Of a stretch of 64,000 bases of DNA, positions 47,543 to 58,387 are shown piece by piece (position 1 is the stretch's first letter; every line of letters starts with the position of its first letter). Source of the stretch: an uncultured Chloroflexia bacterium (GTDB lineage Bacteria; Chloroflexota; Anaerolineae; JAAYZQ01); the NCBI GenBank assembly GCA_963700285.1, contig CAVOXA010000010.1, positions 928,001-992,000 of the forward strand, given 5' to 3'. A program made the translations under genes and the position numbers. The notes beneath the pieces were generated by a model. That model worked only from the letters and a program-made list of their open reading frames with translations. It did not search any database and had not been told where the DNA came from.

Positions 47543-48643
47543 TTATGGTTCGTAAAACCGGCGTACAGCACTGGCTACCTGTTCGATCTGCTCGTCGGTC
47601 ATCTCTGGGTAGATCGGCAGCGATAGAACCTCTTTGGCCGCCAGCTCGGACTCGGGCAACCTCCCCTCCCCCAGATCCAGGCCAGCATACATTTCCTGCC
47701 GGTGCAAAGGCACCGGGTAGTAGATCATGGATCCGACGCCCTGCTCGCCCAAAAAGGCGCGCAGTTCGTCCCGGCGAGGCGCGCGGATGGTGTACTGGTG
47801 GTAGACATGCTTCATCCCGGGCGCAACGTAGGGTGTAGTGACCGGCGAATCAGCAAGCAATTCATCATAGCGAGCCGCCACCCTGCGCCGCTGGACGCCC
47901 CACTCCTCCAGGTAGCGAAGCTTGACGCGCAAGATGGCCGCCTGGATCTCGTCCAAACGGCTGTTATAACCCACGCGCTCATGGAAATACTTGACGCGCC
48001 CGCCGTGCCTGCGCAGTACATCCAGATTCTCAGCTATTTCGGGGTTGCAGGTCACAGCCATGCCTCCATCCCCATAGGCTCCCAGGTTTTTCGTGGGGTA
48101 GAAGCTCAGGCAGCCGATAATACCGAAAGAGCAAGCCTGCTGGCCGTTGTAGGTCGCGCCAATTGCCTGGGCGCTGTCTTCGATCACAGGCAGGTCATAG
48201 CGTACAGCCAGTTCCATGATCGCATCCATGTCCGCAATCTGGCCGAACAGGTGCACAGGGAGGATCGCCTTGGTACGGTCAGTGATGGCCCGCTCTACCA
48301 GGAGCGGATTGAGGTTGAAAGTTCGTGGATCGATATCTACAAACACAGGTCTAGCTCCGGCCCGCGAGATGGTATTGCCCGTAGCGATGAAGGTGAATGG
48401 CGTCGTGATCACCTCATCGCCGGGACCAATCTCCAGTGCATCCATCGCCAGACGCAAAGCGTCCGTACCAGAGGCCACACCGATGCCATATTCGCAGCCG
48501 CAGTAGCGGGCCACCTCCTGTTCCAGGGCCTTGACATTTGGCCCCAGGACGAAATGGCCGCTCTCTAGCACGCCGAGCACCGCAGCGTCCATCTCCTCGC
48601 GGATGTTTTGGTACTGTCTTTGCAGATCAAGTATTGGAATCAT
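47543..48643 (-). CDS. DegT/DnrJ/EryC1/StrS aminotransferase (WbpE-like)
   Basis: SGTDAL, PVHLFG, EDSAQ, SFYPTKNLG..GDGG, NSRLDE.QA. Confidence 0.95.
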   Translation of the reverse strand: MIPILDLQRQYQNIREEMDAAVLGVLESGHFVLGPNVKALEQEVARYCGCEYGIGVASGTDALRLAMDALEIGPGDEVITTPFTFIATGNTISRAGARPVFVDIDPRTFNLNPLLVERAITDRTKAILPVHLFGQIADMDAIMELAVRYDLPVIEDSAQAIGATYNGQQACSFGIIGCLSFYPTKNLGAYGDGGMAVTCNPEIAENLDVLRRHGGRVKYFHERVGYNSRLDEIQAAILRVKLRYLEEWGVQRRRVAARYDELLADSPVTTPYVAPGMKHVYHQYTIRAPRRDELRAFLGEQGVGSMIYYPVPLHRQEMYAGLDLGEGRLPESELAAKEVLSLPIYPEMTDEQIEQVASAVRRFYEP

Positions 48644-48668
48644 TCCAGGTCCTTTCGTGTTTTTCGCA

Positions 48669-49445
48669 CTATTGATTCTCGGCCCACTCGCGCTCTGGCA
48701 CGGGCCGTACTGGACGGGCAGGTACCCCCATTACCAACGTAGCCGGGGGCACATCACGAGTCACGACAGAACCAGCTGCCACAAATGCCTCGCGGCCGAT
48801 CTCAATGCCCGGCAGCAGGGTCGCATTGGCTCCTACTCGCGCCCCGTGGCGAATGGTCGCTCCCTTGCGGAACTTGAATCGCTCTGGCGTGCGTCCCATA
48901 AAGTTGTCATTGGTAGTATAGACGCCCGGGGCTATGAACACGTGATCCTCCACGGTCATATAGGCGGTCAAATAGGTCCCTGTCTGGATTTTTACATAGT
49001 TGCCGATGATTGTCTCATTCTCTACCGTCACACCCCTACCCACGATGACATAGTCGCCGATCGTACATTTCTCCCGCACAAAAGCCTGGTCGGCAATCAT
49101 CGTCTGGCATCCAATCCTGGTTCCGGCGTAGACGATTGCCCCGGCGCCGATGCTGGACCCACCGCCCACTACCAGGCCCGAGAGCGGCTCGCGGATCTTG
49201 ACTGTACTGGTTGGGCCCGGGCGAGGCTGCTTGCCCAATACCGCGTTGTCGCCGACCACTACACCTTCACCCAGGATAGTACCATACTGGATGACGACAT
49301 TGTGCCCGATCGTGCATCCAGCACCGATCTTGACACCCGCCTGAACCACCACGTTCTTCCCAAACTCACATGCCTGCCCAACGCTGGCAGTCGGATCGAC
49401 CAAGTCTGTGCCACCCTGAGCCTGATTCAGGTTTTCGCCACTCAT
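48669..49445 (-). CDS. Hexapeptide-repeat N-acetyltransferase (WbpD-like)
   Basis: Left-handed beta-helix repeats, TTND, GANAT, AGSVVT.DV, G.PAR. Confidence 0.9.
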   Translation of the reverse strand: MSGENLNQAQGGTDLVDPTASVGQACEFGKNVVVQAGVKIGAGCTIGHNVVIQYGTILGEGVVVGDNAVLGKQPRPGPTSTVKIREPLSGLVVGGGSSIGAGAIVYAGTRIGCQTMIADQAFVREKCTIGDYVIVGRGVTVENETIIGNYVKIQTGTYLTAYMTVEDHVFIAPGVYTTNDNFMGRTPERFKFRKGATIRHGARVGANATLLPGIEIGREAFVAAGSVVTRDVPPATLVMGVPARPVRPVPEREWAENQ

Positions 49446-50446
49446 AGGTACATCAATTCCCCTTCATTGTCCAATGATCGCTGCAGGGCATCCAATATGC
49501 GCAGTACCTGCAGTCCGTTTTGTCCGTCCGATAAAGGTTGTTGTCTCTTCTCGACACAGTCCAAGAAATGCTGGCACTCGAGTCTGAGCGGCTCGCGCAT
49601 CTCGATATTCGGGGCATAGATATCGCCAAAGCGCAACGTGAGGGCATCGCCATAGGAACTGTACTCTGGCACCCGGTCCACACCCTTATCATAGATCCGC
49701 AGCTTTTCCGTAGGCTCCACATCGTCAAAGACCGCCATCTGCTGGCTCCCGACCACTGTCAGGCGTCGCACCTTATGAGGATCTAGCCAACTCACGTGAC
49801 TATGCACCAGCCGTCCGTCGGAAAAACGCAGCGTAAAGAACACCGTGTCCTCAAGGCCCGGCTGTAGATAAGCCTGCCCCTGTGCGGCCACCGTCACCGG
49901 CATTTCCCTCAGCAAGTGTAAGGCCACCGAGATGTCGTGAGGGGCGAGGCTCCACATGGCATTCTCGTCCTGGCGGACCTTGCCCAAGTTTCGCCGCTCA
50001 GTGTAGACATAGTAGACATCGCCCAACTTGCCCTCATCCACCATCTTTTTCAAGTGTGTAACAGCGGGATGGTAGAGCAGCAGGTGACCGACCATTAGTA
50101 TCAGCCCACCCACGCCGGCAATATCAACCATTTCTTCCGCTTCCTTGACCTTTAAGGCAATTGGCTTTTCGACAAAGACATCCTTGCCCGCCTCCAAGGC
50201 CGCCCGCGCCACGGGAAAGTGGGTCGCCGCCGAGGTGGTTACAACAATTGCATCGATCTCTGGATCCCGGAAGAGGTCTTTGGGGCTTTTTGTGCAGACA
50301 AGACGAGGATACTGCTCTCGCGCCCGCGCCAAAGCTCCTTCATCCAGGTCACACACCGCTTTGACCCTGGCTTCCGGCAGTCTTGCGAAATTGCGTAGCA
50401 GGTTCGGGCCCCAGTAACCCAGGCCTACCTGCCCAAGCGTAATCAT
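49442..50446 (-). CDS. Gfo/Idh/MocA oxidoreductase (WbpB-like)
   Basis: GLGYWG, VEKP, MVGH, APHD. Confidence 0.92.
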   Translation of the reverse strand: MITLGQVGLGYWGPNLLRNFARLPEARVKAVCDLDEGALARAREQYPRLVCTKSPKDLFRDPEIDAIVVTTSAATHFPVARAALEAGKDVFVEKPIALKVKEAEEMVDIAGVGGLILMVGHLLLYHPAVTHLKKMVDEGKLGDVYYVYTERRNLGKVRQDENAMWSLAPHDISVALHLLREMPVTVAAQGQAYLQPGLEDTVFFTLRFSDGRLVHSHVSWLDPHKVRRLTVVGSQQMAVFDDVEPTEKLRIYDKGVDRVPEYSSYGDALTLRFGDIYAPNIEMREPLRLECQHFLDCVEKRQQPLSDGQNGLQVLRILDALQRSLDNEGELMYL

Positions 50447-50466
50447 ATGCGTCTCCCTAATTCGTT

Positions 50467-51081
50467 CTATTCCAGCAAAGCCTTGATGCGCGCAGCAATG
50501 AGATCCATGGCCACCTCGTTGTGGCCACCTTCCGGGATGATGATGTCGGAATACCGTTTGCTGGGCTCAACGAACTGCTCGTGCATGGGCCGAACAGTCG
50601 CCAAGTATTGGTGAACAACCGACTCCATTGTCCGGCCACGTTCTGCGATATCGCGTTGCAGGCGGCGAATGAAACGGATGTCGGCCTGGGTGTCTACAAA
50701 GATCTTGACGTCCATCAGCGATCGCAGGACTTTATCAGCAAAAATAAGAATACCCTCAAGAAGGATAACCCGGTTGGGCTCGACTCTTTGGGTCTTCCCT
50801 GTGCGCGTGTGCGTCGTAAAGTCATAGATCGGCATCTGGATGGACTGCCCAGTTTTGAGATCCTGCAAGTGGGTGATCAACAGATTGTTGTCCAGAGCAT
50901 CCGGATGGTCAAAATTGCGTATGGCTCGTTGAGCCAGGGGCAAGTCGCCCAGATCCTTGTAATAGGCGTCATGTTGAATGAGCGAGATCTGGCTGGTGCC
51001 GGCGCGATTTAGAATCGCACGGGCCACTGTTGATTTTCCCGACCCCGTGCCCCCGGCAACGCCAATGATCACTGGTTCCAT
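50467..51081 (-). CDS. udk: Uridine kinase
   Basis: GVAGGTGSGKS, NFDHP, RR..RD..ERGR, PMH..F.EPSK. Confidence 0.96.
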   Translation of the reverse strand: MEPVIIGVAGGTGSGKSTVARAILNRAGTSQISLIQHDAYYKDLGDLPLAQRAIRNFDHPDALDNNLLITHLQDLKTGQSIQMPIYDFTTHTRTGKTQRVEPNRVILLEGILIFADKVLRSLMDVKIFVDTQADIRFIRRLQRDIAERGRTMESVVHQYLATVRPMHEQFVEPSKRYSDIIIPEGGHNEVAMDLIAARIKALLE

Positions 51082-51095
51082 CACTCCCCCTTCAC

Positions 51096-51935
51096 CTACG
51101 CTTTCAAATAGCGCAGAAGATCAATCCCGGTCAGCAGCCCCAGGATCGCAACCGCAGCTGCGACCATAACCAGACCGGCAGTCCAACGCCCCCACCGCCC
51201 TCCAGTCCGTCTCGCCAAGAAACTCATCGCCGCAACTAGCAGGGCGACAATGACCCAACCCTCACGGGGACCACGGGTTATAGAGACCCCCTGCATTTGC
51301 CAAGACCACCAGAGACTCACGACAAGTCCAGCCCCCAAAGAAACCAGGGCCAATGCTGTTGCTCGTTTCAGCAGAGCATGCAGATGGATCCAGCGAGGCC
51401 ATTGTACCCTGGGGATACGCCGGGACAGCAAAGCACGGAGGGCCAAGGTTAGCCCGGTGCTGCCGGCCACAGTCAGCCCACCAGTTCCTATCAAGAACAA
51501 CACACATTGGAGTTGTGAAGGGATCGTGCGCTTGTCACAATCCAGTGGAAGCTCACTCACATCGGCCATGAAACCTGCCGTAAAGACCAGAACCAAAACC
51601 AACAGATCCACCACCAATCTGGCAGCATCGACAGGCAGCCGCCATGCTAGCACGAGCTGGACCACCAGCGTCGCCAGGGCCAAGCCCAGTACCACCAACC
51701 GCGGGTCGAGGGATTGGGCTGCAAGCAGCACCTGCCACAAGTGGCCATGTGTGGTTGCTATCACAACCAGTGCCACAGCCAGGGCAATCACAGCCCCGAC
51801 CGTTGCGCCTACGGCCAACAAGCTCCACCTGCCCCCAACGCGAAACAGCGCCAAGCACAAGGCGACCATCGCGATCACCAGCAACAGCACCGCTAGCCCC
51901 ACCCACAGGTCCGGAGCGGATGATTCACCCGTCAT
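51096..51935 (-). CDS. CcsA/ResC-like membrane protein with degenerate WWD region
   Basis: About 8 TM segments; WWSWQMQG.....GPREGW aligns to the WWD consensus; overlaps resB. Confidence 0.6.
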   Translation of the reverse strand: MTGESSAPDLWVGLAVLLLVIAMVALCLALFRVGGRWSLLAVGATVGAVIALAVALVVIATTHGHLWQVLLAAQSLDPRLVVLGLALATLVVQLVLAWRLPVDAARLVVDLLVLVLVFTAGFMADVSELPLDCDKRTIPSQLQCVLFLIGTGGLTVAGSTGLTLALRALLSRRIPRVQWPRWIHLHALLKRATALALVSLGAGLVVSLWWSWQMQGVSITRGPREGWVIVALLVAAMSFLARRTGGRWGRWTAGLVMVAAAVAILGLLTGIDLLRYLKA

Positions 51936-53397
51936 CAGCCAGCATCTCTCCCAGCCGGGCAGCGAGTGGCTGCCGCCAGAGACTCCCCCTGGCCTTGGGT
52001 AGTGCGAGTATCTGAACGAGGGCCGAACCGCCCTCGCCCGCGCTCACTGTAATCCACAACAACCGCGGTCGCACAAGCCAGCCGGCAGCCATCGCGATCA
52101 ACGCAACCATCATCCCGGCCAGGATCAAGCCCACGCCAGGACGATGCTCCGCCCCAAGAATTGGACGGTAAGCTAGCTCCACCTCTATGTGCAGATTCTC
52201 TAGTTCTACCAGGCCACTTTCATCGATCACCACCTGTGCCCGCTGTTCCGCGCTGCTGGCATCAGGACTTCCGGCTTGAAGGAGTAGCATCTGCAACGCC
52301 GGCTTGCTCTGGGCGCAAGCCGGCTCAAAGGTCAGTGCCAGGAACCGATCGTGACCCAGTACGAGGATCAAGGCCTGGTCTTCCGGTGTGGCGAGGACAA
52401 CCTCGATGTCGTTGGACACGCTCAGACTCTCAGCCTCTGCTTGAAAGGTCAGCGGCCGCCCAGTATCATCTTTGCCACGCATCCTGATGACAGGCACATA
52501 CCCGGCCTGCCTCACTGTCACCCCCGGGAGCATGACAGGGTGTCCAGTACTCACCATGCCTTGTCCGACTGCAGCCCCATCCTGTAGCCAAGTGACCTTG
52601 CTCCCATAATCGAGCAGCCGCCCGACCTCATCCTGCCGCACTTCAAACTCATCCAGGCGGACCATAAGGCCCGTACCGCGGCCTACCGAATGGCTCTCTC
52701 CAGGAGCAGGTTGCCAATCCTGAGCTTGCCAGCCCCAACTGCTCACGACTCCCATGCCAAGCAGCATTGCCAGTAGAGCGCCGTAGACAACCGGCTCAGC
52801 CCAAAGGGCCGGTGCCCGCCTGACAGCCACCCGATTTGAGTTTGCCAAGCCAGGAACATCGATCCAACTATAGCCGGTTTGGTCAAGGACCTCGCAAAGT
52901 CGGGGCAGGGCAGTCTGAGGAGAATGTGAACTATACAGACGGATCCGGGGCGCGTATCTCCCCCACGAGGCAAAATCAGCGGCAGCCCATCGCTTTTGAA
53001 CAGCGGCTTTCCAGGCCAGACTGGCTGTTTCCACACACCATACAAACAGGGTCAGCCCAGTCAAAGCCAGCAGCATGTGGAACCAGAACGCATGGTAGAC
53101 GTCAAACAGGCCCATCGCATAGATGAGGCCGCTCGCTTGACCGAGGACGCCTAGCTGAAGCGCGAGCCAGGCCTGAGGGTCATCCACCGCTTGCGGGGGT
53201 ATCTGTGGGATGACCGTGCCCAGCACCACAGCCAGGGCGACAAAGCCCAACAACACCATCAGGGCCTGGGGGAAGGCAAGGACTCGCCATATCAGGCTCA
53301 GCGGTTCGGGCCTTGGCCCTGAGCCTGAATCCACAGGAGCCTCAGCCCCAGGGCCGGCGGTGTCGGTTGGCCGTGAAGTTGGGGTATCCTCAGTCAT
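51925..53397 (-). CDS. ResB/CcsB-like cytochrome c biogenesis protein (divergent)
   Basis: LGTVIPQ, GLFDVY...WF, large extracytoplasmic domain, PG...AG C-terminal TM. Confidence 0.8.
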   Translation of the reverse strand: MTEDTPTSRPTDTAGPGAEAPVDSGSGPRPEPLSLIWRVLAFPQALMVLLGFVALAVVLGTVIPQIPPQAVDDPQAWLALQLGVLGQASGLIYAMGLFDVYHAFWFHMLLALTGLTLFVWCVETASLAWKAAVQKRWAAADFASWGRYAPRIRLYSSHSPQTALPRLCEVLDQTGYSWIDVPGLANSNRVAVRRAPALWAEPVVYGALLAMLLGMGVVSSWGWQAQDWQPAPGESHSVGRGTGLMVRLDEFEVRQDEVGRLLDYGSKVTWLQDGAAVGQGMVSTGHPVMLPGVTVRQAGYVPVIRMRGKDDTGRPLTFQAEAESLSVSNDIEVVLATPEDQALILVLGHDRFLALTFEPACAQSKPALQMLLLQAGSPDASSAEQRAQVVIDESGLVELENLHIEVELAYRPILGAEHRPGVGLILAGMMVALIAMAAGWLVRPRLLWITVSAGEGGSALVQILALPKARGSLWRQPLAARLGEMLADDG

Positions 53398-53582
53398 CGG
53401 TTCCGTTCTTGGGCATGGTTCCAAATGCGGGTGGAACCCGCGTTTTGCGCCACACCTTAAGAAGACAGTTTTCCGCAGTCACATGATTGGACAGGATCTG
53501 AAATCCTCAGCCAGGGCAGACGAAAGGCCCCAACCGAAACCTGGGTGCCAGGCGTTGTTGGGGCCTGTCGCTATAGGTACTG

Positions 53583-53655
53583 AGCCACCCAAGGGACTTG
53601 AACCCTTAACCTGGCGCTTACGAAGCGTCTGCTCTGCCGTTTGAGCTAGGGTGGC
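53583..53655 (-). tRNA. tRNA-Thr(CGT); CCA not encoded
   Basis: GCCACCC/GGGTGGC acceptor stem, TAGCTCAA..GG D-arm, anticodon loop TTCGTAA, GGTTCAAGTCC. Confidence 0.95.
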
Positions 53656-53786
53656 ATCGCACCGGAACCCGGCCGATGACAGGGTCATTATACCAGCCTT
53701 GCCGCCAGATCGCAAATTGGATGCGGGGAAAGTGTCCTGCCGTCGTTGCGGCTACCGCCAGATCCTCAGCCTTTTCCGAAATTCAA

Positions 53787-55418
53787 CTAAGCCTCGGTTT
53801 GTTCCCGATCGTTTTGGTGCTTCACCACAGCCTTGATGAAGGACTGAAACAATGGATGAGGGCGCGTGGGCCGTGACTTGAGTTCAGGATGGAACTGAGA
53901 GCCCACCATAAAGGGATGGTCCACTAGTTCACCGATTTCCACCAAACGACCATCAGGCGACAGCCCCGAAAAAACCATGCCCGCAGCGGCCAACAGGTTA
54001 CGATAGGCATTGTTCACTTCAAAGCGGTGACGGTGCCGTTCCTGTATCAATTCGGCGTGCTCGTAAGCTTTTGCTGCCCTGGTGTTGGGCACCAGTTGGC
54101 ACGGGTACAGCCCCAAGCGCATAGTCCCCCCCATCTCGGCGATATCCCGCTGATCCGGCATGAGGTCAATTACCGGGTACTCGGTCTTTATGTCAAATTC
54201 GGTAGAGTTGGGTTCGTCACTTCTCAGGGCGGTGCGGGCCAGATCGATAACCATGACCTGGAGGCCCAAACAGAGTCCCAGATAAGGCACCCGGTTCTCC
54301 CTGGCGAAGCGTGCTGCCGCCACCTTGCCTTCGATGCCACGGTAGCCAAAGCCTCCCGGCACGACGATACCATCGAGGTCGTTTAGCCTCTCTACGCCAT
54401 GGCGTTCAATTTCCTCTGCGTTGATCCAGTCTATCTTTACAGCCACATCGTGGCGCAAGCCGGCGTGGTACAGCGCCTCCCGCACACTGAGATAGGCATC
54501 GTGCAGTTCAACGTACTTGCCCACCATCCCTACCCGTACTGGCCGTTTGGAACGTTGTTCGCGCATAGATTCCACAACAGCTTTCCAGCCATCGAGATTG
54601 GGAGGATGAGCCGAAGCCAGCCCCAAGCGCTCGACCAAGTAATCACCAATGCCGGCTTCTTCCAGAATCAATGGTACTTCATAGATAATTGGTGTCGTGA
54701 CCAGCGAGATGACAGCCCGCTTCTCCACATCACAGAAGAGAGCGAGTTTGTCTCGCACACCATCATCAATGGCATAGTCTGAGCGGGCGACAATGATGTC
54801 GGGCTGGATGCCGATCCCTCGCAATTCACGAACGCTGTGCTGGGTGGGCTTGGTCTTGATCTCGCCCGTGGAGGAGATGTGCGGTAGCAATGTCACGTGG
54901 ATATAGACCGTGTTCTCCCGTCCAACGTCCACGCGCATCTGGCGGATGGCCTCCAGGAAGGGCAGGCCCTCAATGTCCCCCACAGTGCCGCCGATCTCAA
55001 CAATGACTACTTCAGCGCCGCTCACACGTCCCACCAGACCGATGCGGCGCTTCATCTCATTGGTGACATGGGGGATCACCTGAATCGTTCCGCCAAGATA
55101 GTCGCCGCGGCGCTCTTTGGCGATCACCTCGGCATACACCTGGCCTGAAGTGACATTGCTAGCTCCCGTCAGGTTCTCGTTGATAAAGCGCTCATAGTGA
55201 CCCAGATCCAGGTCCGTCTCTGCGCCATCATCGAGAACGAATACTTCTCCATGTTGATATGGCGACATGGTGCCGGGATCTACGTTCAAGTAGGGGTCGA
55301 GTTTTTGAATGGCGACCCGAACCCCACGGCTCTTGAGGATCCGCCCAATAGCAGCAGCGGTTACGCCCTTGCCTACAGAAGAGGCCACGCCGCCCGTACA
55401 AAAGATATACTTTGTCAT
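53787..55418 (-). CDS. pyrG: CTP synthase
   Basis: [41 protein letters not shown]. Confidence 0.98.
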   Translation of the reverse strand: MTKYIFCTGGVASSVGKGVTAAAIGRILKSRGVRVAIQKLDPYLNVDPGTMSPYQHGEVFVLDDGAETDLDLGHYERFINENLTGASNVTSGQVYAEVIAKERRGDYLGGTIQVIPHVTNEMKRRIGLVGRVSGAEVVIVEIGGTVGDIEGLPFLEAIRQMRVDVGRENTVYIHVTLLPHISSTGEIKTKPTQHSVRELRGIGIQPDIIVARSDYAIDDGVRDKLALFCDVEKRAVISLVTTPIIYEVPLILEEAGIGDYLVERLGLASAHPPNLDGWKAVVESMREQRSKRPVRVGMVGKYVELHDAYLSVREALYHAGLRHDVAVKIDWINAEEIERHGVERLNDLDGIVVPGGFGYRGIEGKVAAARFARENRVPYLGLCLGLQVMVIDLARTALRSDEPNSTEFDIKTEYPVIDLMPDQRDIAEMGGTMRLGLYPCQLVPNTRAAKAYEHAELIQERHRHRFEVNNAYRNLLAAAGMVFSGLSPDGRLVEIGELVDHPFMVGSQFHPELKSRPTRPHPLFQSFIKAVVKHQNDREQTEA

Positions 55419-55490
55419 TCTCTAGCACCCCAATGCTGTTCAGCGACTACCAACCAGGCCCTGATGTTCGACTATGGCCGAAGCCACAGG

Positions 55491-58166
55491 CTATTGCCCA
55501 CCACCCTCAACGTGCCGGTACAATCGTTCGTAGATGATATATCCCTGATAGACCCTCTGAAGATATACCCGGGACTGGTCGAAGGCGATGGCCTCTACAA
55601 AAAAGTCTAGATCGTCGCCGCCAGCCTCCAGCCAGCGACGTGTGTTGCCTGGCCCGCCGTTGTAGGCAGCCAAGGCCACCAAGATCTGTTCTTCAAACAC
55701 GTTCATCTGAACTGCCAGGTAGTAGGCTGCAAACTGGACGCTGATCGAGGGCCGGTAGAGATCCTCCACAGTGAAACCCTCCACGCCCAGGCTGCGCGCA
55801 ATCCCTCTCCCCGTAGCCGGCATCACCTGGCCCAAGCCCCGCGCACCAGCATAGGACTCGGCGGTAGGTTCAAAAAGGCTTTCCTGCCGGATCAGGGAGG
55901 CCAGGATCAGAGGATCCAAGCCTCGCATCTGAGCCTCGCTTGAAAGCAGATCGGTATAAGCCAAGGGATAGGCCAACCGCTGTACCTCCGCGGGCGCGCT
56001 ATAGATGGAACCTTGCGGCCACAGTGCCGCCACTCGGAGAGCAGAACGCGCGGCTAACCCGTGAAATCCCTGCTCGCGCAGAAAAAAGGCCAGTTGGGTC
56101 AATAGCAGAGGATCGTCCCAAGCTGAGGCACGAACTCGGTCGAATGCGTCGACGGCATTTTCCCGTAGCCCAACGGCCAGCAATGCCGCCCCCCGCTCCA
56201 GGTCGAGGTCACTGGCCAGGGATGCGGGCATTTCGAGCGAGTCGGTACTGTCCGGCACCTGCGCCCAGTCTTTCAACCAAGCCAACACATCCTCCTGAGC
56301 CTCGGCCTCACTCCAGGATACCAGATTCAGATCATTGGTGATAAAGCGTGTCGCCGTCAGTGACTCCCCGGCGCGGATCTGATTCACGCGTAGGGCGTAA
56401 TAGACATTCGGCGCCTCAGCGACGAGCTGGTCCCAATAATCGCCGTATTCTTGGGATTCAGGTGTGACACCGAGCTTGCCCAGCCAGTAAAGGCTCTTGT
56501 CCCGGTAGGAAGACGTGGTATAGGTGTTCACCAGAAGCTGCCAGTCAGCCACTGCCTTGTCCAGGCTTCCAAACCGATAGTGAGCCAGGCCCGCCCGCCA
56601 TAGGGCTTCCTGAGCATCCTTGGTGCCTGGGAAACTCGCTTGCATGTCCTCATAGAGTGCCGCGGCTCTGGCGTAATCGCCCTCACGCTCACGGACCGTG
56701 GCTGCTTGCCAGAGTGCCTGCGGGGCCAGCTCATGAGATGGGAATGCTTTTGCCAGGTCTTGATAGATCTTGATGGCCTGGTTGCTGCGCCCCAGCCATG
56801 CCTGTATGTCAGCCACCTCCATCCGGGCAAGGACCCTCCAACTGCTTTCTGGATGATCCGCGAGCAAGCGATTCAGCGTCTCCAAGGCTGCACCCGCCTG
56901 GTCGAGGTCACGGTACGCCTGGGCTTTGCGATAGAGAGCCTCGTCAGTCTTTTCGGCGGGGCCCGTCGACAGGTAGCGGTCAAAGGCCCGGATGGCAGCG
57001 GTGGTTGCGTCCGGGTGGTTCTTGCCGGCCCAATAGTCCACGAGACCGCGCTGAAACTCGTCTACCTCAATGCCTGCGTCTACCAACTCTTTCAGAGAAA
57101 GATAGGCGGAATCCGCTTGCGGATAGTTGTCCACGGCATGACGGTAGCGAGCATGAGCAGCCGTCGTCTGACCGGCAGCAGCCAGAGCCTGCCCAGCCAA
57201 GTATTCTGTGTCGGCCCGTTGGTAGTCAAAGCTGGCAAGAGGAAGCATCGCATCATACTCGGCCACGGCAGCCTCATAGTTCTCAAGGGCCAGGTAAGCA
57301 GCCGCTGTCTTTTCCCGGAGGATGAGCCGGGTAGATCTGTCATTGGTTGCAGCAAGTCCCTGTTGATAGGCATCAATGGCTGCCTCAATATCTCCCTCGG
57401 CGTTGAGACAGTCTCCGAGCCACCCCTGTACCATGTCAGCCAAGACAGTATCTTCTGCCAGATAGATCCGGTAGTGGGGGATAGCCTGGGAGCACTGTGC
57501 GGCCGCATGGTAGGCGTGAGCCAGCATGAGCACCGCTTGGGGCAGGCGGGGGTCATCCGGGTGGTTGGCAACAAAGACTTCCCAGGCTGCGGCAGCGTCC
57601 GCATAGTCACGATTCAGCAGGTAACTCTCAGCCAGACGATAGCGTGCCTGCCTGATCTGCTCGGGCGTGGGGGAATCGTCCAACAGGGCAAGATAGGCAG
57701 AGATCGCCTTGTCATAGTCACCGTTGGACTGGTATCGCTGGGCTGCCTCCAGTTGTGCGTCGGGTTGAGGGCTTGGCGTGGAGGTCATGGTCGAAGTCGG
57801 TGTCCAAGTTGGACTGATGGTGTCTGTCGAGGCCGGGGTCAGGGTTGGAGTTGATGTCCGAGCTGGTCTGGTTGTATTTGTCGGTCTCGGAGCCGGTGTA
57901 GAGGGTGCTGCTTCGGTTGGCGCGGCATCCAAGATCACTTGCAGCGGGGTCGAGGTTGGAATGGGGGTCTCGCTAGGCATCGCCATGGCGCTGCGTACTT
58001 GGGTGGTGGCAAGAGTCAGCGGGGCAGCCATCGCCGCTGGGGTCGGTGTGGCCGCTGACGCCACTGTGGATGTTGGCGGGGCGTCTGTGCAACCCACCAA
58101 CAACACACAAGTTCCAAGCGCCATCAACAGGAGAAACTCTATTGACAGCTTGGGACGTTGTTGCAT
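55491..58166 (-). CDS. TPR-repeat lipoprotein with C-terminal SLT lytic transglycosylase domain
   Basis: LVGC lipobox, PT linker, many TPRs, LIRQES, GARGL.QVMP, AAYNGG. Confidence 0.92.
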   Translation of the reverse strand: MQQRPKLSIEFLLLMALGTCVLLVGCTDAPPTSTVASAATPTPAAMAAPLTLATTQVRSAMAMPSETPIPTSTPLQVILDAAPTEAAPSTPAPRPTNTTRPARTSTPTLTPASTDTISPTWTPTSTMTSTPSPQPDAQLEAAQRYQSNGDYDKAISAYLALLDDSPTPEQIRQARYRLAESYLLNRDYADAAAAWEVFVANHPDDPRLPQAVLMLAHAYHAAAQCSQAIPHYRIYLAEDTVLADMVQGWLGDCLNAEGDIEAAIDAYQQGLAATNDRSTRLILREKTAAAYLALENYEAAVAEYDAMLPLASFDYQRADTEYLAGQALAAAGQTTAAHARYRHAVDNYPQADSAYLSLKELVDAGIEVDEFQRGLVDYWAGKNHPDATTAAIRAFDRYLSTGPAEKTDEALYRKAQAYRDLDQAGAALETLNRLLADHPESSWRVLARMEVADIQAWLGRSNQAIKIYQDLAKAFPSHELAPQALWQAATVREREGDYARAAALYEDMQASFPGTKDAQEALWRAGLAHYRFGSLDKAVADWQLLVNTYTTSSYRDKSLYWLGKLGVTPESQEYGDYWDQLVAEAPNVYYALRVNQIRAGESLTATRFITNDLNLVSWSEAEAQEDVLAWLKDWAQVPDSTDSLEMPASLASDLDLERGAALLAVGLRENAVDAFDRVRASAWDDPLLLTQLAFFLREQGFHGLAARSALRVAALWPQGSIYSAPAEVQRLAYPLAYTDLLSSEAQMRGLDPLILASLIRQESLFEPTAESYAGARGLGQVMPATGRGIARSLGVEGFTVEDLYRPSISVQFAAYYLAVQMNVFEEQILVALAAYNGGPGNTRRWLEAGGDDLDFFVEAIAFDQSRVYLQRVYQGYIIYERLYRHVEGGGQ

Positions 58167-58332
58167 GGGCCCATTATCTCCCTAAAGGCGAACCTTGTCA
58201 ATTCCACCACCAGCCTGATCTTGGACGCCTTGCGCATTCTCGGCTGCACCCGGTGGATGCATTGTGGTCCTGAATCAGGCAGTCAATGAATGGGCCTCCG
58301 GTACATCAGCCTACCCAATGGTCCCGTGGATT

Positions 58333-58361
58333 TTGACAAATGGGACCGAGTATGCTACCAT
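58333..58361 (+). promoter_or_regulatory. Sigma70 promoter of the SAM operon
   Basis: TTGACA, 17 bp, TACCAT with extended TG. Confidence 0.75.
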
Positions 58362-58387
58362 TCCCACCGCAATAACTAACCTGGACA

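Noticed and set aside
53420-53655. Integrative element at tRNA-Thr
   Set aside because: No integrase and no duplicated tRNA 3' end seen; the downstream hairpins fit termination or processing.
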